58,596 nt of DNA, taken from the NCBI GenBank assembly GCA_910587775.1, contig CAJUNF010000005.1, forward strand, positions 1 to 58,596, given 5' to 3'. The translations under genes and the position numbers were made by a program. The notes under the pieces are model-generated. The model worked only from the letters and a program-made list of their open reading frames with translations, was not told the origin of the DNA and made no database searches. Shown piece after piece: positions 33,111 through 43,090 of the stretch (within the stretch, counting starts at the first letter, position 1; each line of letters begins with the position of its first letter). The stretch comes from an uncultured Bacilli bacterium (GTDB lineage: Bacteria > Bacillota_I > Bacilli_A > RF39 > UBA660).

Positions 33111-35423
33111 TTAGTCTTTAAATAAATTCTTATAAATTTCTTTATAATTACTTACTTCTATGATGTTTATATTTTTTTTTACAAAATCAGGAACTTCTTC
33201 TAAATCAGAATGGTTCTTCTTTGGAATAAACACCGTTTTTATTTTTTCGTTATAGGCACCAATTAGTTTTTCTTTTAATCCACCAATTGCTAGAATATCT
33301 CCTCTTAATGACATTTCTCCTGTCATGGCAATTTCACTTGATATCTCTTCATTTCTAATCAAACTAATTAACGAAGTAGTTATCGTTACTCCAGCACTTG
33401 GTCCATCTTTTGGAATAGCTCCTTCTAGAGCATGTAAATGAATATCTTTTTTGTGAAAATAGAAATCATTTACTTTTAATTCTTTACAATGTGATTTAAT
33501 ATAACTAATTGCTACATCTATACTCTCTTGCATTACTTTTCCTAAAGATCCAGTATATGTAATTTTTCCTGAGCCTTCATAAAGGCATGATTCTAATGGA
33601 AGAACTACTCCTCCTAAAGGCGTATATGCAAGTCCATAAACTAATCCAGGAGTCATACGTTTTGTTACATTATCTTCTACAAACTTTCTTTCTCCTAAAT
33701 ATGTTGTAATATCTTTTTTGGTAATTGTTTTTTTCAATATACTTTCTTCTTCATTCTCTGTAATTACTTTTCTTACTATACTTTCCAATACTCTTTTTAA
33801 ATCACGTACTCCAGCTTCTTTTGTATAATGTTTAATAATGTATTCTAATATAGAATCTGTTATTTTTATTTCTTCTTTATGTACTTTATGTTCTTCTAAA
33901 ACTTGAGGTAGTAAATGATTTTTAGCAATATCCATTTTTTCAAATAAGGTATAACTAGATAATTCAATTATTTCTAAACGATCTCGTAATTCTGTTGGAA
34001 TATTGTATTGATTATTAGCAGTCAAGATAAAGAAGATATGAGATAAATCAAATGGTTCTTCTATATAGTTATCTGTAAAAATTTTATTTTGTTCTGGATC
34101 TAATATATCTAGTAAGACACTTGCTGGATCTCCTTTATAATCTTTTACCATTTTATCAATTTCATCTATTAGGAATAAAGGATTTTTTGTTTCACACTTT
34201 TTTAGTCCTTGAATAATTTTACCAGGAGAGGATCCAATATAAGTTCTTCTGTGTCCATTTAATTCAGTTGAATCATTTAATCCACCAACACTAATTTTAT
34301 AAAACTCTTTTTTTAAACTTTTGGCAATAGATGATGCAACCGAAGTTTTTCCTACTCCTGGAGGACCAACTAAGCAAATGATTGGACTACGCATTTCTGG
34401 ATTTCTTTTTTTAATAGCAACATATTCAATCATTCTCTTTTTTAAGTCTTCTAATCCATAGTGAGATTTATTTAAACTATCTTTGATTTTTGTTAAATCT
34501 GTTTCATCTATACTTTCTGAATTCCAAGGAAGTGATAATATCCAATCTAAATAATTACGTATATTAGAAGAATCTGGGCTCATTTCTGGTGTTAAATCAT
34601 AGTTCTTGATTTCACGTTCTATCTTATTTTTAGTTTTTTCGCTAATATTTAAAGATTCTAATTTTTGATAGAAATTTTCAACATCTTGTTTTTTTGGATC
34701 ATCATATCCAAGTTCTTTTTCTATTTCTCTTAATTTTTCGCGAAGAATAAATTCTTTGTGATTTTCTTCTATTTCTTTTTGAATCGTTTTTTCTAATTTA
34801 TGATCAATTTTTATTGCTTGAAGTTCAATTTCTAAATCATGAATTAAACTTTCAGCACGTTTTATAGGATTTACTTCTTCCATATAGTTAATCTTTTTTT
34901 CAAAAGATAGTGGAATAAATGAAGATACCATGTCTGTAAGGACCATTAATGAATCAATGTCTTCGATTGTTGTTAAGATACTGTTAGAAATGTTCGGATT
35001 TAATTTGATAAAGCGTTTTAGTAATGAGTGTAATTTTCTTTTAAGTGCAACTTCCTCTGCTTCTTTCATCTTTTGTTTTGGTAATTCTTTATAATGACAC
35101 TTTAACATCTCATCGTTTTTTGTACTAAAATACTTTTCTATTTTTACACGTCGAATTCCTAATAATTTTATACGCAAATGGCCATTTGGTAATTCTATTG
35201 GATTTATGATCTTTCCAATCACACCAATTAAAGGTAAGTCATCAACATCAGGAATTTCTTCTAGTTCATTTTTGGGACAAACAATTAATACTTCATTATT
35301 AAATTTTTTTCCAGAAAGTAAGATTACTTCTTTTGTTAAATCATTATTTAATTCTAGTTTTACTTCTTGATTTGGGAGCAAAATTAATTTTTTCAGTAAC
35401 ATGACTGGTAAAGTATTTAACAT
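33111..35423 (-). CDS. lon: ATP-dependent Lon protease
   Basis: 770 aa. N-terminal LON domain (LPVMLLKKLILLPNQEV). Walker A GPPGVGKTS. Proteolytic Ser in KDGPSAGVT and Lys in GGLKEKL. SD AAGGGGGG lies before the ATG. Confidence 0.95.
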   Translation of the reverse strand: MLNTLPVMLLKKLILLPNQEVKLELNNDLTKEVILLSGKKFNNEVLIVCPKNELEEIPDVDDLPLIGVIGKIINPIELPNGHLRIKLLGIRRVKIEKYFSTKNDEMLKCHYKELPKQKMKEAEEVALKRKLHSLLKRFIKLNPNISNSILTTIEDIDSLMVLTDMVSSFIPLSFEKKINYMEEVNPIKRAESLIHDLEIELQAIKIDHKLEKTIQKEIEENHKEFILREKLREIEKELGYDDPKKQDVENFYQKLESLNISEKTKNKIEREIKNYDLTPEMSPDSSNIRNYLDWILSLPWNSESIDETDLTKIKDSLNKSHYGLEDLKKRMIEYVAIKKRNPEMRSPIICLVGPPGVGKTSVASSIAKSLKKEFYKISVGGLNDSTELNGHRRTYIGSSPGKIIQGLKKCETKNPLFLIDEIDKMVKDYKGDPASVLLDILDPEQNKIFTDNYIEEPFDLSHIFFILTANNQYNIPTELRDRLEIIELSSYTLFEKMDIAKNHLLPQVLEEHKVHKEEIKITDSILEYIIKHYTKEAGVRDLKRVLESIVRKVITENEEESILKKTITKKDITTYLGERKFVEDNVTKRMTPGLVYGLAYTPLGGVVLPLESCLYEGSGKITYTGSLGKVMQESIDVAISYIKSHCKELKVNDFYFHKKDIHLHALEGAIPKDGPSAGVTITTSLISLIRNEEISSEIAMTGEMSLRGDILAIGGLKEKLIGAYNEKIKTVFIPKKNHSDLEEVPDFVKKNINIIEVSNYKEIYKNLFKD

Positions 35424-35452
35424 AAATTCCCCCCTTTTTTATAAACGTTTTT

Positions 35453-35481
35453 ATTATAACGATAGTTTCATAGAAAGTAAA
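35453..35481 (-). promoter_or_regulatory. Sigma-A promoter candidate for lon
   Basis: The minus strand reads TTTACT (35476-35481), a 17-nt spacer, then TATAAT (35453-35458). It sits between the tig terminator and the lon ATG. Confidence 0.4.
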
Positions 35482-35514
35482 TGTTTTTTTCAATATTTTC
35501 CTTTGATTTTTGAA

Positions 35515-35543
35515 TTAAAAAAAGCTGGATTTATTTTCCAGCT
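35515..35543 (-). terminator. Rho-independent terminator of tig (the stem overlaps the last codons)
   Basis: Minus strand AGCTGGA-aaataaa-TCCAGCT (35537-35543 / 35523-29), a perfect 7-bp stem followed by TTTTTTTAATT. Confidence 0.7.
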
Positions 35544-36778
35544 CTAATGATTTCCATAGCTTCACGCATTTTCATATCATATTTTACAACTTCTATTGAT
35601 CCATAAGCTTGTAGCAATTCTTCTTTAGAAATACCATAGTTCTCTGCCATTTCATTTGCTTTCTTTTCTACTTCTTCATCTTTAAAGTCAATCTTTTCTT
35701 TTTCTGCTACTTCTTCTAGTAAATATCTATATTTTACACGTTTTGTTGCTTCTGGCTCCATTTGTTCATGTAATTTTTCATGAGTTACTCCAGTAAACTG
35801 TGCATATTGTTCTAGATTTAGACCTTGCATTTTTAGTTGTTCTTCAAATTGATGAATCATACGGTGTACTTCATCATCAATGATTTCTTTGTTTAATTCA
35901 ACTGTCATATTTTCAGTTGCTTTTTCTAAACAACTTTCTAAATATTTATCATCAATGTCTTTTTCTTTTCTTTCTTTAATTACATTTTCAATTTCAGTTT
36001 CTAGTTCTTCTTTTGTTGTAACTTTATCATATCCTAAATCTTTAAAGAAATCTTCGTTTATTTCAGGTAATACGCGTGTTTTAATTTCCATAACCTCAAC
36101 ATCAAATTTTACATCTTTTCCACCAAGGTCTTGAGCATAATTTTCTGGGAATTTTAATTCAAGTGTTTTTTTGTCACCTTTTTTTAGACCAATTAAACCA
36201 CTTTCAAATCCTGGAATAAATGTGTTAGATCCAATTTCTAATGGGAAGTTTTCTCCACTTCCACCTTCTAATTCTTTTGAATCTACATATCCCTTAAAAT
36301 TAATAACAGCTGTATCTTTATCTTCTATTTTTCCACTTTCTTTTACAGTAATTTCTGCAAATTTAGATCTTAAATTTTCAATTTCTTCTTTAATTTCTTC
36401 TTTTGTTACTTTAGCAGTTTCTTTTTGAATTTTTAAATTTTTATATTCTCCTAATTTAATTTCAGGTTTTGTAATAATTGTAAATAGGAAAGTAACTGAT
36501 TTGTCATCGATGTTTTTTACATCTAATTTTGGTTCAATAACTGGAACTAAACTATTATCTTTTAATAACTTATCATAAGCAATTGATACCGCATCATCTA
36601 CAGCATCCATATAAAGTGATTCTATTCCAAATTTTTTTAAATACATTTCTTTTGGAGCAGTTCCTTTTCTAAATCCATCAATTTTTACTTCTTTGTTTTT
36701 CTTCTTAAAAGATTTATCTAAGCAATTTTCCCATTCTTTTCCTTCAATTTTTATTTCAATTTCATGTACGTTTTTCAT
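35531..36778 (-). CDS. tig: Trigger factor (ribosome-associated PPIase chaperone)
   Basis: 415 aa. Motifs: GFRKGTAPKEMYLKKFG (ribosome-binding GFRxGxxP motif), FKBP-type central domain (FIPGFESGLIGLKKGD), C-terminal helical arm. Confidence 0.95.
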   Translation of the reverse strand: MKNVHEIEIKIEGKEWENCLDKSFKKKNKEVKIDGFRKGTAPKEMYLKKFGIESLYMDAVDDAVSIAYDKLLKDNSLVPVIEPKLDVKNIDDKSVTFLFTIITKPEIKLGEYKNLKIQKETAKVTKEEIKEEIENLRSKFAEITVKESGKIEDKDTAVINFKGYVDSKELEGGSGENFPLEIGSNTFIPGFESGLIGLKKGDKKTLELKFPENYAQDLGGKDVKFDVEVMEIKTRVLPEINEDFFKDLGYDKVTTKEELETEIENVIKERKEKDIDDKYLESCLEKATENMTVELNKEIIDDEVHRMIHQFEEQLKMQGLNLEQYAQFTGVTHEKLHEQMEPEATKRVKYRYLLEEVAEKEKIDFKDEEVEKKANEMAENYGISKEELLQAYGSIEVVKYDMKMREAMEIIRAGK

Positions 36779-36818
36779 AATCTAGATTTTCCTTTCAAAC
36801 ATGATTATTATATCTGGT

Positions 36819-37865
36819 TTATTCTTCGTTTGCAAGCCTTTTATTTAGGGATAAACCTCTTGCAGAATCTAAATAATTTACAACATCTTCAATTCTCTTA
36901 TGATCTATTTTGGATGGCAAATTATATATTTTTGTATTACTAATATCATTATTTTCTATATAAATTAATTGTTTATCATTAAGTGGTGTCCCTATTTTTA
37001 AAACTGCTGGATTTATGTTTGACAATAAATCCATTCGATACCAATCAGCTTTATCTTTATAAATCGTATAAGAATGGAAATTATTATAATACTTTGTTAA
37101 TCTTACTATATTTGGATATTTCATTTCTTTTAAAAGATAAGCACAAACTCTTGATATGTCTACACAACATCCATAATGATTTTCTAAAACTTCTTCTACG
37201 CTTTGAATTACATATTCTTTGTACCAAAAGGAATTAACTGAATCTATAACTGTGCCATCTGTTCTTTTCCAACCATATTTTACATTTTGCCAGACAAATT
37301 CTGAGACATCTATCGGATCTTTTAAGTTATCTCTTGATTTTTTAAAATGATAGATCATAAATGAAAATGCCGAAAGAATTAAATCTTTTTCTTCCATTTT
37401 ATGGTATTTTAAAAGGGAAAATAAGTCGATAGAACCATTTAAAAAGAGATATGCAACTTGTAATTTTATTAAATCACATTGAGAAACTTTTGAAATATCA
37501 TCATTCGGATAAATAATTTCTCTCGATAAATATTCTTTCCATTGTGATATTGGATAGTCTAGTTGATATTTTAGTAATATATTTGCAATTTCTGGCACTA
37601 AGGTATCATAACATGCATTTATATTTTCTTTTAATATAGTAGTTAATACATAAAGGGCTTTTTTTACTATTTCATTAGATTTTGAAGATACTTTATCGTT
37701 TTTAATTACATTGATAAATAAAGTTAAGTTAACTTTTTTATATGGGTAAAGTCCTTGTTTTAAAACTTCTAAAGCAGGTATGAGTATTACACCCAATTCT
37801 AATATTTCTTTTTCATCTTCAAAATCATAATTAATTTTTACGATATCTAAATCTAGTACTTTCAT
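36819..37865 (-). CDS. Hypothetical protein, possible transglutaminase-like cysteine peptidase fold
   Basis: ORF track start is 37910. The ATG at 37865 preceded by AAGAGGAA is preferred (MKVLDLDIV...). The C-terminal segment HYGCCVDISRVCAYLL...NNFHSYTIY...WYRMD fits a Cys-His-Asp transglutaminase-core spacing. This is a weak call. Confidence 0.6.
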   Translation of the reverse strand: MKVLDLDIVKINYDFEDEKEILELGVILIPALEVLKQGLYPYKKVNLTLFINVIKNDKVSSKSNEIVKKALYVLTTILKENINACYDTLVPEIANILLKYQLDYPISQWKEYLSREIIYPNDDISKVSQCDLIKLQVAYLFLNGSIDLFSLLKYHKMEEKDLILSAFSFMIYHFKKSRDNLKDPIDVSEFVWQNVKYGWKRTDGTVIDSVNSFWYKEYVIQSVEEVLENHYGCCVDISRVCAYLLKEMKYPNIVRLTKYYNNFHSYTIYKDKADWYRMDLLSNINPAVLKIGTPLNDKQLIYIENNDISNTKIYNLPSKIDHKRIEDVVNYLDSARGLSLNKRLANEE

Positions 37866-37900
37866 AATATTTCCTCTTTTCAAGGAAAATATTATACACC

Positions 37901-37929
37901 AAAAAAGCAAAAAAACGAATTAATTCGTT
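37901..37929 (-). terminator. Rho-independent terminator of greA
   Basis: Minus strand AACGAA-ttaa-TTCGTT directly after the stop at 37930-37932, followed by TTTTTGCTTTTTT. Confidence 0.65.
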
Positions 37930-38397
37930 TTATGCTAAAGCTTTTATTACAACTTTGTATGATCCATTTGGACTTTCTACTTCGATTTCTTCGCCGACTT
38001 TTTTTCCAACGATTGCTTTTCCAATTGGAGATTCATTTGATACTTTATTATCAAATGGATCAGCTTCTAAAGATCCAACAATTTTATAAGTATCTTCTTC
38101 TCCATCATCATAAATTAATGTTACAGTAGATCCTACACAAACTGTGTCACTACCAAGTTGTTCTGCAATAGTACAATGTTCTAATTTATATTCTAATTCT
38201 TTAATACGTCCTTCTAATTTAGCTTGAGCATCTCTTGCTGCATCATAATCAGAATTCTCAGATAAATCACCTTGAGCTCTTGCTTCTTTTAATTCTTTAA
38301 TAATTTGTGGACGCGTTACTGTTTTTAATTCTTTTAATTCAGTTTCTAATTCTAGATAACCTTCCGCAGTCAACATTATTTTTTCATTTTCGTTCAT
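37930..38397 (-). CDS. greA: Transcription elongation factor GreA
   Basis: The ATG at 38397 gives a 155-aa protein, MNENEKIMLTAEGYLELETELKELK...ARAQGDLSENSDYDAARDAQ (acidic coiled-coil tip), with a C-terminal FKBP-like domain. The ORF-track start at 38430 adds 11 unlikely residues. Confidence 0.92.
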   Translation of the reverse strand: MNENEKIMLTAEGYLELETELKELKTVTRPQIIKELKEARAQGDLSENSDYDAARDAQAKLEGRIKELEYKLEHCTIAEQLGSDTVCVGSTVTLIYDDGEEDTYKIVGSLEADPFDNKVSNESPIGKAIVGKKVGEEIEVESPNGSYKVVIKALA

Positions 38398-38435
38398 TAT
38401 TTCATCATTTCCTTTAAAACATCCTCTCAAGGATA

Positions 38436-39635
38436 CTACACATAATCTGCTTTGTCAAACACTTTAAGACGCATCATGTCAAATTCATGTAGCTTAATTT
38501 CTACTGGAATTTTGACAATCATACCTGGGTGATTGGCAACATCTAGTGAATTATCCTCTTCGTCATATATTTTACTCAATTTCATGGAAAAAGTTTCCAT
38601 ATTTGGTCCAAAAAATTCGACGGTATCTCCTATATGAAAAATATTTCGTTCTTCTATTATTACCATCTTCTTTTGCTCATCATATTCTTTTACTAGTCCT
38701 AAAAAATCTTGATTTGATATTTCGTCTCTTCCTAAAAAATATTGTTCTTTATTTGTTGGGAGAGCTTCAAAAAATTGTGGAGTTGAATCACGATTTGCAC
38801 ATCGATTTAAAACATCAAGAGAATATGCCACATCAGAACTTTTAAGTGTATTATTTTGTATTTTATCAACCAAACGGCGATAAGTTAAAATTACTGTAGC
38901 AATGTAATATATGCCTCTCATTCTTCCTTCTACTTTAAAAGAATTTACTCCTATATCAATCATTTCCTTAATATGAGGAATCATATTTAAGTCTTTACTT
39001 GTCATTTGAAATGGCGTATTTGATAATTCTGTTTCAAACATCCAACGACAGATTTGAGCACATCCTCCACGATTGGCATCGCGATTGGTACAATAATTAG
39101 ATAGAACACACTTACCGCTAATACTCGTACACATTGCTCCATGAATAAAGCATTCTAATTCAAGTCCTGTAGCTTTCTTGATTTTTTTTATATCTTCTTT
39201 ACTTGCTTCTCTTGCTAAGACAATTCTTGTTACCCCAAGATTTTGATAAAATTTAGCTGCTCCAACATTTAAAACACTACTTTGAGTAGATAGGTGTATT
39301 TCATATTTTGCTTTTATCTCTTTTGATAGACGAATTACAACAATATCACTAGCAATGATAGCATCTACACCAATATTACTTAATTCTTGTAAGTATTCTT
39401 TTAAACCATTTAAATCTGATTCATGAAAAACAATATTTACAGTAACATAAACTCTTTTTCCTAAACTATGTGCATATTCTGTTGCCTTTTTAATCTCTTC
39501 TAAAGAAAAGTTTTTAGCATTAGCTCGTAAGGAGAAGTTTTGTCCACCAAAATAAACGGCATCTGCTCCATACAAAAGAGCAATTTTTAATTTTTCAAAA
39601 TCTCCTGCTGGAGATAAAATTTCAATTTTCGGCAC
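38436..39635 (-). CDS. Peptidase U32 family protein, YrrO/TrhP-like (tRNA 5-hydroxyuridine formation)
   Basis: 399 aa. U32 signature ECFIHGAMCTSISGKCVLSNY and RDANRGGCAQICRW. Sits in the B. subtilis yrrM-yrrN-yrrO-like arrangement. Confidence 0.88.
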   Translation of the reverse strand: MPKIEILSPAGDFEKLKIALLYGADAVYFGGQNFSLRANAKNFSLEEIKKATEYAHSLGKRVYVTVNIVFHESDLNGLKEYLQELSNIGVDAIIASDIVVIRLSKEIKAKYEIHLSTQSSVLNVGAAKFYQNLGVTRIVLAREASKEDIKKIKKATGLELECFIHGAMCTSISGKCVLSNYCTNRDANRGGCAQICRWMFETELSNTPFQMTSKDLNMIPHIKEMIDIGVNSFKVEGRMRGIYYIATVILTYRRLVDKIQNNTLKSSDVAYSLDVLNRCANRDSTPQFFEALPTNKEQYFLGRDEISNQDFLGLVKEYDEQKKMVIIEERNIFHIGDTVEFFGPNMETFSMKLSKIYDEEDNSLDVANHPGMIVKIPVEIKLHEFDMMRLKVFDKADYV

Positions 39636-40443
39636 GACGTACCTCCTTTAAACGATAAATGGTTTCTTGATCTAAAAAACCTCTATTTTCATCTAATTCT
39701 AATTTTTTTGTTCCATTACAATAATCATTTAAAATAGACTCTACTTTATCATTTGAGCATAAAACAGGATTTATTAAATAAAATTTAATCTTAGAATCAT
39801 CAAAAGAATCCATTCCATTTAAATATTTATCATGATATAGCATTGTACCATGTTCACTTTCAACTGCTATAAAATTGTTTATAGAAGTCTTTTCTTCTAA
39901 TGTTACAACATTTTTTTTATCTGTTTGAAATTCTGTTTCAAAGTTAGTTAAAAGTGTTCTTCTTGAATACATTGCTGGTATTAAACTATATAAAACATAT
40001 ACAAGTGGCTTTGTAGTATGAGATAAGATTTTCTCAATTTCTTTTTTTGTTATATCTGTACTTATTACAACACTATTTACAAATGAAAGATTTTCATTAA
40101 TGCTTTGGTAATTCGTAGCAAAATGAGTTTGATATAGTATTAGTTCAATTTGAAGATTCAGTTCTTTTACTAAAGTAATAATCCCTAAGTCTTCAAATAC
40201 TAAACCTTTAATATTATTTGGAAGATTTTTTAAAATATTACGTAATTCTTCGTAAGTTTTATTATCTAAAATACGATTTAAGTAAAGATAAGCTGGCTCT
40301 TTTATTTCACTTAGTAAAAAAGATGATGGATAACCTACACAGTAGTCTTTTAATGGAAAAAGAAAGTTAGTAATCCTAGCTTTCTTACAAATTTCGATTT
40401 GTTTTAAATCGGTTATGGTTACTAAAAATTTATTTTTATCCAC
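39622..40443 (-). CDS. U32-family-like protein, YrrN-like partner subunit
   Basis: 273 aa, overlapping both neighbours (translational coupling). TIM-barrel-like N-terminal half without the Cys signature. Assignment rests mainly on synteny with B. subtilis yrrN. Confidence 0.6.
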   Translation of the reverse strand: MDKNKFLVTITDLKQIEICKKARITNFLFPLKDYCVGYPSSFLLSEIKEPAYLYLNRILDNKTYEELRNILKNLPNNIKGLVFEDLGIITLVKELNLQIELILYQTHFATNYQSINENLSFVNSVVISTDITKKEIEKILSHTTKPLVYVLYSLIPAMYSRRTLLTNFETEFQTDKKNVVTLEEKTSINNFIAVESEHGTMLYHDKYLNGMDSFDDSKIKFYLINPVLCSNDKVESILNDYCNGTKKLELDENRGFLDQETIYRLKEVRRAEN

Positions 40444-41023
40444 GACGTTTGCTTATAGAGATTCCGTCTCCAAGTTTTAAAAACTCGGTTTCAAACTCTT
40501 CATTTTCCTTTAAAAATTCAATGTATTTTTCAATTTTATCCACTAATCCTCGTAGGTTTTTACTTTCAATTTCATCTTTTTTTCCAACATAGCCATGAAA
40601 ATTTAAATTATCAGTAATAATTACTCCATCAGGTGCTAAAAAATATTGGAATTTTTCAAAAAACTTTGTATATTGTCCTTTTGCTGCATCAATAAATATC
40701 ATATCATATTTTACATCACTTAAATTTACTTCTAAAGCATCTTGAAATACAACTGTAATTTTTTTCTCTAATCCTGCTTTTTTCACATTTTTTAAGCATT
40801 CCATGTATCTTTCATTATCTCTTTCAATCGTTGTTACTTTTGTTTCGGCATTACTAGAGGCCATTAAAATAGCTGAATACCCAATCGCACTTCCTATTTC
40901 TAAAATATTTTTTATATTGTTATTTTTTATATATTTCATAATGAAAGCAATGCTTTCTTTCTCTATAATGGGAACGTTTTTTTCTTTCGCATAGTTCTCC
41001 ATTTCTATGATAAGTTCTTTCAT
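40436..41023 (-). CDS. trmR: Class I SAM-dependent O-methyltransferase, YrrM/TrmR-like (tRNA mo5U34)
   Basis: 195 aa. SAM motif ILEIGSAIGYSAILMA, then DMIFIDAAKGQY. Conserved position between mltG and the U32 pair. Confidence 0.75.
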   Translation of the reverse strand: MKELIIEMENYAKEKNVPIIEKESIAFIMKYIKNNNIKNILEIGSAIGYSAILMASSNAETKVTTIERDNERYMECLKNVKKAGLEKKITVVFQDALEVNLSDVKYDMIFIDAAKGQYTKFFEKFQYFLAPDGVIITDNLNFHGYVGKKDEIESKNLRGLVDKIEKYIEFLKENEEFETEFLKLGDGISISKRRG

Positions 41024-41027
41024 AACC

Positions 41028-42074
41028 TCACCCTATTTCTTTTTGAACATTAACATGTTCTTCAAATGTTTTAGAAAAATATACTTTTCCAGTTTTAATA
41101 TCTGCATAAAAATATAAGTAGTCTGTCTGTGTTGGATTTAATACTGCTTTTATACTCATAAGAGATGGATTACAGATTGGTCCTACTGGTAATTTTCCTG
41201 CCATAGTTGCATTCATTTCACTTGTATTATAAGGACTAATTGTTTTTAAATCTGTAAGTGTAAGACTTTCACCCATTTCCTTTTTTACAGCATAATATGT
41301 GGTAACATCCATACCAAGGCCCATTTTTTTCTCTAAACGCCTTTGAATTACTTGGCTTACTGTATTGCGATCATTTTCTGTTACGGCTTCTAATTCAATG
41401 ATTGCTGCTGCACTTAAAACTTCATGAACACTATAATTTGAATTTTCTATTACTTCTTTTAATGGATTTAATTTTTGCTCAGTATGATTTAGTATTTTTT
41501 CTATTACTTCTATAATTGTGCTATTTTCTTTAAATTCATAAGTATCTGGAAAAAGATATCCTTCTAGTGGCTCATATAGTTCTTTATTCAAAATGGATTC
41601 ATCTAAGAACCAGTATTTTTCTATTAAAGATTTTAAATAAGTCTCATCACTTAGTTTTGTTTGAAGCTCTGTGTGATCAATATTTAATTTATCTGAGATT
41701 ATCAGAAGATATTCTTTTAAACGTCTACCTTCCACTAAAGTTACAGTAACACTGTTATTTTTAATCTCACCTTTTTCCATCTTTTTTAAAATTTCTTTGG
41801 GAGACATACTGCTATTTAACTCATAAGTTCCTGCTTGTAAGTTCATATTATTATGAAGCAATAAATATGCCTTTAAGACAAAAGCACTACGTATTAATCC
41901 AGAAGATTCTAAATCACTTGCTAAAGTTATTTTAGATGTACCAGACTTTAAAGTAAAAATAACATTTTCTGAATTTTTATCTTTTGGACTTAGACCATAG
42001 AAAAAAAAGGATCCAAAACCAATGAATAAAACTAGTAAAATACAAAGGATTGTTAAAAAAATTCTTTTATTCAT
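41028..42074 (-). CDS. mltG: Endolytic murein transglycosylase MltG (YceG family)
   Basis: 348 aa. N-terminal TM anchor. Motifs: LQAGTYEL, LVEG, YLFPDTYEF, LASIIE-like AAAIIELEA, LPVGPICNPS. Confidence 0.9.
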   Translation of the reverse strand: MNKRIFLTILCILLVLFIGFGSFFFYGLSPKDKNSENVIFTLKSGTSKITLASDLESSGLIRSAFVLKAYLLLHNNMNLQAGTYELNSSMSPKEILKKMEKGEIKNNSVTVTLVEGRRLKEYLLIISDKLNIDHTELQTKLSDETYLKSLIEKYWFLDESILNKELYEPLEGYLFPDTYEFKENSTIIEVIEKILNHTEQKLNPLKEVIENSNYSVHEVLSAAAIIELEAVTENDRNTVSQVIQRRLEKKMGLGMDVTTYYAVKKEMGESLTLTDLKTISPYNTSEMNATMAGKLPVGPICNPSLMSIKAVLNPTQTDYLYFYADIKTGKVYFSKTFEEHVNVQKEIG

Positions 42075-42354
42075 TTTTATCCCTCGACTCTTCTAGTTTA
42101 CTTAATATTGCTTCAATTGTATTCCATTCTTCTTCTGTTTCAATAGGAAGCAAATTCATAGATGACCCACTTGGATCATAAGTATTTGCATAAACTTTAA
42201 GAGATCCCATCTCATCTTTTGTATTATCAGTATAAATTAAATAACTCTTTTTTGTTTGTTCTGAATCAAATGTAAATAATATTTCACATTCTACTTCTAG
42301 CCCATTTGCATTTTTCATGGTAAACACACTATTATTTTTCGGATTCTCGCTCAT
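42067..42354 (-). CDS. DUF1292 family protein (YrzB-like)
   Basis: 95 aa. Motif: NGLEVECEILFTFDSEQTKKSYLIYTDN. GAAGGA SD lies before the ATG at 42354. Same position as B. subtilis yrzB. Confidence 0.8.
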   Translation of the reverse strand: MSENPKNNSVFTMKNANGLEVECEILFTFDSEQTKKSYLIYTDNTKDEMGSLKVYANTYDPSGSSMNLLPIETEEEWNTIEAILSKLEESRDKNE

Positions 42355-42775
42355 TATTTATCCTTCTTTCTTTTAAGTACGTATCTAATATAATAGCAGA
42401 TGCTACATTATCAACGACCTTTTTCCTTTTTATTCTACTCATATCTGTACTTAATAGTATTTTTTCTGCTTCCATACTAGAAAGACGTTCATCTACTAAA
42501 TGAACTGGTAATTTTATATGACTGTCTAGTAATTCTTTAAATTTGATGGAACGTTGTGCTGCAAACCCACATGAATTATCCATATTTTTTGGAAGTCCTA
42601 ATATTAGGTCTGTTATTTGCTTTTCTTCAATGATCTTTTGTAATTCAGGAATTACAGATGCATACGACTCACTTTTAAATGTTAAAGTTTTTAGTGGTGT
42701 TGCAATTGTATTTGTACGATCACTTAAAGATATACCTAATGTTTTTGTCCCTAAATCTAACCCTAAATACCGCAT
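42332..42775 (-). CDS. ruvX: Holliday-junction-resolvase-like pre-16S rRNA nuclease RuvX/YqgF
   Basis: 147 aa. Motifs: MRYLGLDLGTKTLGISLSD, VDERLSS. Confidence 0.92.
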   Translation of the reverse strand: MRYLGLDLGTKTLGISLSDRTNTIATPLKTLTFKSESYASVIPELQKIIEEKQITDLILGLPKNMDNSCGFAAQRSIKFKELLDSHIKLPVHLVDERLSSMEAEKILLSTDMSRIKRKKVVDNVASAIILDTYLKERRINNERESEK

Positions 42776-43017
42776 TATTTCATACTTTCTTCTAATAAGT
42801 ATTCCAGTATTTCTGCACGATCTAATTCTAATATTTTTTCACGAGCATTATTAAAGTTTGAAATATAGTTTGCATCTCCACTCATTAAATAGCCAATGAT
42901 TTGATTTTTAGGGTTATACCCTTTTACTTTCAAACTTTCAAATACTTCATTTAAGGTTGTTTTAATATTCTCTTTTTTTACGACAGATAAGTCAAAAAGA
43001 GTTGTTTTCTCGGTCAT
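42775..43017 (-). CDS. ireB: IreB family regulatory phosphoprotein (UPF0297, YrzL-like)
   Basis: 80 aa. Motif: KGYNPKNQIIGYLMSGDANYISNFNNAREKI. Stop/start overlap with ruvX. Confidence 0.85.
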   Translation of the reverse strand: MTEKTTLFDLSVVKKENIKTTLNEVFESLKVKGYNPKNQIIGYLMSGDANYISNFNNAREKILELDRAEILEYLLEESMK

Positions 43018-43041
43018 ATTTCACACTCCAAGTACATGGAT

Positions 43042-43070
43042 ATTTTATCAAACTATTCTAATCTTTACAA
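43042..43070 (-). promoter_or_regulatory. Sigma-A promoter candidate for the ireB-ruvX-mltG-trmR-U32-greA gene string
   Basis: The minus strand reads TTGTAA (43065-43070), a 17-nt spacer, then TAAAAT (43042-43047), with a GGAGTG SD before the ATG at 43017. Confidence 0.45.
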
Positions 43071-43090
43071 GTAGCTCACTTTTCCTCTTT